Program-made: the position numbers and the translations under genes
Part shown: positions 5,792-10,809 of the stretch, piece by piece
How positions within the stretch are numbered: position 1 is the first letter of the stretch
Layout of the letters: each line of letters begins with the position of its first letter
The notes under the pieces: generated by a model
Databases searched by the model: none
Told to the model about the DNA's origin: nothing
What the model saw: only the letters and a program-made list of their open reading frames with translations
DNA from: a bacterium
GTDB taxonomy: Bacteria > Babelota > Babeliae > Babelales > JABCYS01
Assembly (NCBI GenBank): GCA_027452085.1
Contig: DAIDHG010000031.1
Coordinates: 1 to 10,809 of the forward strand
DNA length: 10,809 bases
Direction of reading: 5' to 3'

Positions 5792-8485
5792 ATGGCTAAA
5801 CAACCGTTAAAGAATAAACTTTCTCTCTCTGCTCATCCGGCAACCGACCGCGTTTCCAATGACTGGATACGGGTCTCTGGCGCGCGCGAGCACAACCTTA
5901 AAAATATCGATGTGGCCATTCCAAAGGGGAAGCTGACCGTTATTACCGGCCCATCGGGGTCAGGCAAAAGCTCCTTAGCGCTGGATATTCTCTTTACTGA
6001 GGGTAAGCGCCGCTATGTAGAATCATTATCTTCCTATGCCCGCCAGTTTTTGGGCATTGCCAAAAAGCCAGAAGTTGATCGCATTGATGGGCTCTGCCCG
6101 GCAATTGCCATTGATCAAAAGACGGTTGGCCATAACCCGCGCTCGACCGTGGGCACCATTACCGAAATTTATGATTATTTGCGCGTATTATTTGCCCGTG
6201 TTGGGGTAGCACATTGCCCCGATTGCGCTTTGCCGATTAAGGCAGAGTCGCCAGAAAAAATTGCTCAAGCTATCAGAACCACCTACGACGGGCAAACTAT
6301 TACCATTGCAGCTCCCGTAATAGTGGCAAAGAAGGGTGAATTTACTCAACTGCTCCTGACGTTATATAATTCAGGGTATTATAGATTCCGCATCGATGGC
6401 GTGATCCATAGATTTCGATCAGCCGATGAGGTCAAGGCGATCAAATTGGCAAAGACCTATCAGCATTCTATTGATCTTTTGATGGATCAAGTGGAAGTAA
6501 ATAATGAGCTAACGCCTGCTCGTTTGTTAGAATCAATTGAAACGAGCTTTAAATTAGCCAGCGGCCTGTGCAAAGTAATAGCTGGTGATAAAGAGCAGTT
6601 GTTTTCATCAAACCGCATGTGCCTCAATTGCGGCCATGCATTTCCCGAGCTTGAACCGCGCTTTTTTTCATTCAATTCTCCTATTGGCGCCTGCCCAGAA
6701 TGTAATGGCCTTGGCATGGTCTTTACCTACAGCAATTCCTGGTATCCGCAGCAGGAAGAATATGAATTTGAATCAGAACGAACCTGCACCGATTGCCAGG
6801 GTGCTCGCCTGAATAAGCGTGCATTATCTGTATTTATTAATAAGAAAAATATTTATCAGATTGGTGAACTGTCCATTACTGACGCGCTCAAATTTTGCAG
6901 CTCATTAAAGCTTGATGAACAAGATCGCACGATTGCCGAGCCGATTGTAAAAGAGGTCGTTGCTCGTTTAACTTTCTTGCAAGATGTTGGTCTTTCATAT
7001 CTGTCATTGAATAGAACGGCTCGTACCTTATCAGGTGGTGAAGGCCAGCGCATTCGATTGGCAACTCAAATAGGATCTGCATTGAGCGGGGTGCTCTATA
7101 TTCTCGATGAGCCAAGCATTGGCTTGCACCAACGAGATAATGATCGGCTCATTAATACCCTCAAAACATTACGCGACCAAGGCAATACAGTGGTGGTGGT
7201 TGAACACGATGTCGACACTATGCGCGTGGCAGACTATATCATTGATATGGGGCCAGCGGCTGGTATTCATGGTGGCACCATAACAGCCACCGGCACGCCC
7301 GAGCAGTTAGCCAAAAATAAAGATTCCCTTTCCGGCGCCTATCTGGCTGGCACCAAATTTATTGCGGTTCCTGACAAGATCCGTAAGCCGCAGGGGTGGC
7401 TCAAACTGAATCACGCAAAGAAAAACAATCTCAAGGATATTACCGTATCGTTCCCCTTAGGTGTTATTACCGGTGTTTGCGGGGTATCTGGTTCAGGTAA
7501 AAGTACTCTCATTATGGAAGAGCTCGTGCCAGCTCTGACCAAAGAATTAAATAGACCAAAGCGCCGTGGCGTAAGTGAAGCGCAGGCGGCCAATCTGGCC
7601 ATAGCGTTTGTGCAAAAACAAATTGCTCAGGGGGTGCGGGTTCTTGCCGGTCAGCCTGATTCTGTAGAGTCAACGCCAATAGTTCAGGATCTAGAAGGGG
7701 CAGATTCGCTTGAAGCAATGGTGGTCATCGATCAAAGTCCTATCGGACGCACCCCACGTTCTAATCCAGCCACGTATCTGGGAATTTTTAATGAGATACG
7801 CGATCTCTATACCCAGCTGCCCGAAAGTAAGGCGCGCGGGTATAAAGCGGGGCGCTTTAGTTTTAACGTTGCAGAAGGACGATGCTTTGAATGCGCCGGC
7901 GAAGGTACTATAAAAGTTTCTATGCAGTTCTTGCCTGACGTGGTCATGATCTGCAAAAGTTGCAAGGGTCAGCGCTATAATTCCGAGACGCTCAACATCC
8001 GCTATAAAAATAAAAATATTGCACATATTCTCGAGATGACTGCTTTAGAGGCGCTTACCTTTTTTGAAGCACATAAAAATATTGCCAAACGATTGCGATT
8101 AATGTGCGAAGTGGGGCTTGATTACATTAAGCTTGGGCAGACCTCCACCACCTTGTCCGGCGGTGAAGCACAACGCATCAAGTTAGTCGACGAGCTGGCA
8201 AAGCGCGGCTCTAAAACCATGTATATTCTTGATGAACCAACCACCGGCCTGCATAGCAGTGATATTGAAAAACTGCTCAAAGTTCTCAACCGTCTGGTTG
8301 ATAAAGGGAACTCTATGATCGTTATTGAGCACAACTTAGATGTGCTCAAAACTATGGATTATCTTATTGATATGGGGCCAGAAGGCGGTGATGGCGGCGG
8401 TCAACTGGTAGCCAACGGCACGCCAAAAGAAGTAGCAGTAAATCCAAAAAGCCATACCGGCCGTTACCTGGCGCGCGCGCAGTAG
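5792..8485 (+). CDS. uvrA: Excinuclease ABC subunit A (UvrA)
   Basis: GAREHNLKNI, Walker A GPSGSGKS and GVSGSGKS, two LSGGE signatures, two LDEP Walker B motifs, RRYVESLSSYARQFL, DQSPIGRTPRSNPATY and CxxC zinc pairs. The ATG at 5792 (preceded by GGTGG) is preferred over the in-frame TTG at 5762. Confidence 0.98.
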   Translation: MAKQPLKNKLSLSAHPATDRVSNDWIRVSGAREHNLKNIDVAIPKGKLTVITGPSGSGKSSLALDILFTEGKRRYVESLSSYARQFLGIAKKPEVDRIDGLCPAIAIDQKTVGHNPRSTVGTITEIYDYLRVLFARVGVAHCPDCALPIKAESPEKIAQAIRTTYDGQTITIAAPVIVAKKGEFTQLLLTLYNSGYYRFRIDGVIHRFRSADEVKAIKLAKTYQHSIDLLMDQVEVNNELTPARLLESIETSFKLASGLCKVIAGDKEQLFSSNRMCLNCGHAFPELEPRFFSFNSPIGACPECNGLGMVFTYSNSWYPQQEEYEFESERTCTDCQGARLNKRALSVFINKKNIYQIGELSITDALKFCSSLKLDEQDRTIAEPIVKEVVARLTFLQDVGLSYLSLNRTARTLSGGEGQRIRLATQIGSALSGVLYILDEPSIGLHQRDNDRLINTLKTLRDQGNTVVVVEHDVDTMRVADYIIDMGPAAGIHGGTITATGTPEQLAKNKDSLSGAYLAGTKFIAVPDKIRKPQGWLKLNHAKKNNLKDITVSFPLGVITGVCGVSGSGKSTLIMEELVPALTKELNRPKRRGVSEAQAANLAIAFVQKQIAQGVRVLAGQPDSVESTPIVQDLEGADSLEAMVVIDQSPIGRTPRSNPATYLGIFNEIRDLYTQLPESKARGYKAGRFSFNVAEGRCFECAGEGTIKVSMQFLPDVVMICKSCKGQRYNSETLNIRYKNKNIAHILEMTALEALTFFEAHKNIAKRLRLMCEVGLDYIKLGQTSTTLSGGEAQRIKLVDELAKRGSKTMYILDEPTTGLHSSDIEKLLKVLNRLVDKGNSMIVIEHNLDVLKTMDYLIDMGPEGGDGGGQLVANGTPKEVAVNPKSHTGRYLARAQ

Positions 8486-8541
8486 TGCATGCAATTGATC
8501 TATGTCCAATGTGTCAAATGTTTGGATTTAAAATTCAAGCT

Positions 8542-8919
8542 TTATCGTTTAGGCATAATGACTGGATGATCGATGTTTCTAAAGTCACTATCAAGCGTCA
8601 GTATCGGTTGGCCTTCTGTCTTTGCTAAAGCATACGCAAAACAATCACCCATATTGAATGGATAGAGATTTCGTGCTAGTGCGACGATTTGGGCGTGAAT
8701 AACAGTTGGCGAAACGTATTTTATGCCGTTATTTAATAATTGGTCTTTCACTGTTTCATACGAGTCTGGGAATCGTTCTTGAATTACCATCAAGGCCTCG
8801 GCAAGGTTAACAGTGCTCATGATTAATTCACAAGCATGAAGATCAAGCTGCTCAGCCGCCCATTCAGCATGCTTATCTTGAAATTGGATTTCTAGGATAA
8901 TGGATGTGTCGACAATCAT
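8542..8919 (-). CDS. vapC: Type II toxin-antitoxin system VapC PIN-domain ribonuclease (125 aa; start revised to 8919)
   Basis: MIVDTS...NLAEAL...NMGDCFAYALAK...PILTLDSDF carries the PIN acidic residues (VapC28/30-like pattern). The ATG lies 1 nt after the upstream gene's stop (TAAgATG). Confidence 0.92.
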   Translation of the reverse strand: MIVDTSIILEIQFQDKHAEWAAEQLDLHACELIMSTVNLAEALMVIQERFPDSYETVKDQLLNNGIKYVSPTVIHAQIVALARNLYPFNMGDCFAYALAKTEGQPILTLDSDFRNIDHPVIMPKR

Positions 8920-8920
8920 C

Positions 8921-9154
8921 TTATTTCCATAGATCAGCGTCAGTTTTCCAACGAGCGTGAGGGTTTTCTGTCGTTTTCTTTGCAGTACCAATCCATGATT
9001 TGAAACTAAATTTCGATTGTTTTTTTGCCGTTTTTTCCAGAGTCTCTTTTGCAGCCGAAACCAATGCTTCAGCCCGCGTTCTTAAGTGGCGTTTTTTCAT
9101 GAAAAGACTCAGAGATTTTGCCAATTCTGGCGTGATAGTAATATTCAATTTCAT
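8921..9154 (-). CDS. vapB: Putative VapB antitoxin, ribbon-helix-helix-like (77 aa)
   Basis: Small basic ORF directly upstream of vapC. N-terminal beta-strand pattern KLNITIT followed by two helices. AGGA SD. Confidence 0.8.
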   Translation of the reverse strand: MKLNITITPELAKSLSLFMKKRHLRTRAEALVSAAKETLEKTAKKQSKFSFKSWIGTAKKTTENPHARWKTDADLWK

Positions 9155-9171
9155 ACATTCCTAAAGCTTCA

Positions 9172-9207
9172 TTGTTAAAAGCTTAGCAACCATTTAATTA
9201 ACATCAA
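9172..9207 (-). promoter_or_regulatory. Putative vapBC promoter with overlapping inverted-repeat operator
   Basis: TTGATG-N16-TAAGCT with an extended -10 TG on the - strand. The imperfect inverted repeat TTGTTAA-aagc-TTAGCAA (9172-9189) covers the -10, as expected for TA autoregulation. Confidence 0.45.
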
Positions 9208-9242
9208 ATCACTTTTTAAATTGCTCAAGATCACGAATTCTC

Positions 9243-9788
9243 CTACTTTTTCTTATACAATCCAGTCAATCGAGTTTGTGCCAGAATATGGCCATCAATT
9301 GCCGTACGTAATTGTTGTTCGGTCAATCCCGCCGGTTTGTTAAGTACAGTATCCAAGGCAAAAAGATCAAAATGATAATGATGTGTTCCTGAGGGTGGGC
9401 ATGGGCCGCCGTACCCTAACTTTCCAAAACTGTTGATGCCATGTTTGGCACCATTTTCTAATGTATCACCATCTTGTATGCCGGCAGCTAGTTCATGCAC
9501 TTGAGCCGGAATGTCGTATGCCACCCAATGAATAAAGGTGCCATGCGGTGCATCAGGGTCGGAGCAGATCAAGGCAAAGCTTTTAGTGTCGGCCGGCTCG
9601 CCGTGCCAACCAAGATCTGGTGAAGAATCTGCTCCTTGGCAGGTATATGGGGCGGGGATTTCTTGATTGTGCTTGAACGCCGAGCTTTCTAAAATAAATC
9701 TGCTCATCGTCTCTCCTTTTTTAAGCGACATATTGAGAGCAACTAATAATCCAAAGCAAGCAGTCAGTAATACTATTCTTTTAGGCAT
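9243..9788 (-). CDS. ybhB: YbhB/YbcL family Raf kinase inhibitor-like (PEBP) protein, with N-terminal signal/anchor
   Basis: Family motifs LESSAF, G.D.SP.L.W, DPDAP, FIHWV, YGGPCPPSGTHHY.F.LFALD; AAGGA SD; hydrophobic N-terminus. Confidence 0.95.
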   Translation of the reverse strand: MPKRIVLLTACFGLLVALNMSLKKGETMSRFILESSAFKHNQEIPAPYTCQGADSSPDLGWHGEPADTKSFALICSDPDAPHGTFIHWVAYDIPAQVHELAAGIQDGDTLENGAKHGINSFGKLGYGGPCPPSGTHHYHFDLFALDTVLNKPAGLTEQQLRTAIDGHILAQTRLTGLYKKK

Positions 9789-9859
9789 AGCACATTCCTT
9801 TTTTTATCCCTCGTTTGTTAGCCTATACCATGCGCTCCTACAATCACAATGGTTGCGAC

Positions 9860-9900
9860 TGTAGCGCCGCAGCCCCATCCAACCACCAGGCGGCGGTACA
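9860..9900 (-). terminator. GC-rich stem-loop immediately after the stop of the 9902 gene (possible terminator or processing element; no U-tract)
   Basis: TGTACCGCCGC-N19-GCGGCGCTACA on the - strand, 10 of 11 stem positions paired. Confidence 0.35.
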
Positions 9901-9901
9901 A

Positions 9902-10809
9902 TTACTTTTTGCTTGGAGCTTCTTGCTCTTCAAGCTTCTTGATCTGTGCGTTGAGATAGCGTATTTCCATGACGGCTTTTCTGGCAGCGTCACCGCCAGA
10001 TCGCACGGCCATCTGGGCTTGCGCAAGCTCATGGCGAAGCGATTCTAGGTCGGTGCCAGATGCGATCTCTTTTCTCACTAAGGCTTCTTCTTGTTCAGGC
10101 TGAGTCTCTGGCCGGATAAGTTTTTTCCTTTGGGTTGCTAATTCTTGAGCAACGTGTTGCGCCTCAGGGACTTCCTCTTCAGGCCGCACCACCTTCTTGA
10201 ATTTTAGCGCAGGTTTAGGTCTTGGCTCTTCAATCTTGAGGAATTCAAAAAGCGCCTTCACGATTAAACTATTTTGTCCAAGTAGGCCCAGCGCAGATGC
10301 GATAACATCATTGCCTGCTGCGTTGCGCGTGATGAGCATATCTCGTACCATCATGCCACCGGGGCTCATTAAAATCCCTATAATAGACATATATTGTTGT
10401 TCAACGGTATCTATTTGTTGAGCCATGGCAGTAGCTGCCTCGTCTTTCTCTTTTTCAGAAAGCTCTGCACGACTCTTTATTTTTGTTATCTCCGCGCGAA
10501 TTTTGCGAATTCGGTCTGCAGCACTTTTGATGGCAATATGCAATAGGTTGTTGCCTTGTTCGTCGCGTATTTTCGAAATATCGATTTTTTGATCGGCATA
10601 TGTTTTGACTTGACCGGTCATAATCTTTTTAAACTCTTGCCGAGCCGTATCAACCGCACCTTTTTTGATGGCATTCATTAAACTCTTTTCTGCTGCCTCT
10701 TGGTTAACCATCTTAAATGCAAGGTTAACATTTACTGGTATTTTCAATTGCTCAGCCAACTGCCTTTGATCTAATGGTATAGGGTTATTATAAAGATACA
10801 GCCCTTGCA
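9902..10809 (-). CDS. 3' part of an LRR / ankyrin-like / coiled-coil protein (5' end beyond the window)
   Basis: The frame is open from the listed TTG (10759) to the window edge and reads xQGLYLYNNPIPLDQRQL (LRR-like LxxLxLxxNxI). Ankyrin-like RDEQGNNLLHIAI and RNAAGNDVIASAL follow; the C-terminus is E/K/Q-rich. Confidence 0.8.
   Translation of the reverse strand, partial: QGLYLYNNPIPLDQRQLAEQLKIPVNVNLAFKMVNQEAAEKSLMNAIKKGAVDTARQEFKKIMTGQVKTYADQKIDISKIRDEQGNNLLHIAIKSAADRIRKIRAEITKIKSRAELSEKEKDEAATAMAQQIDTVEQQYMSIIGILMSPGGMMVRDMLITRNAAGNDVIASALGLLGQNSLIVKALFEFLKIEEPRPKPALKFKKVVRPEEEVPEAQHVAQELATQRKKLIRPETQPEQEEALVRKEIASGTDLESLRHELAQAQMAVRSGGDAARKAVMEIRYLNAQIKKLEEQEAPSKK

Noticed and set aside
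6487..8349. Short ORFs overlapping uvrA on either strand
   Set aside because: They are shadow or alternative-frame ORFs within a strongly supported gene.
8486..8541. Bidirectional terminator between uvrA and vapC
   Set aside because: Only short AT-rich imperfect inverted repeats; no convincing GC stem with a U-tract.
8920..8991. 24-aa N-terminal extension of VapC in the ORF track
   Set aside because: It overlaps the antitoxin. PIN domains begin at the MIVD motif (ATG at 8919).

Overview
Bacterial DNA with one housekeeping gene (uvrA, + strand) amid accessory genes on the - strand. The left half (1-5365) is a co-oriented cluster of secreted orphan proteins. It starts with a 763-aa protein with 11-mer amphipathic repeats and a long glycine-zipper region. 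Behind it is a tandem array of at least three (probably four or more) paralogs that share a signal peptide and a conserved 52-aa N-terminal module but have divergent Pro/Ser/Thr-rich C-termini. The last 41 nt of that module are identical in all copies even at synonymous sites, while the front of the module is synonymously diverged, which suggests a nucleotide-level function or a gene-conversion hotspot at the constant/variable junction. The right half holds a UvrA that appears to lack its insertion domain, a vapBC toxin-antitoxin pair, a YbhB/YbcL (PEBP) protein and the 3' part of an LRR + ankyrin-like + coiled-coil protein. The gene content resembles a host-associated bacterium such as Babelota/Dependentiae (TM6), but this is inference only.
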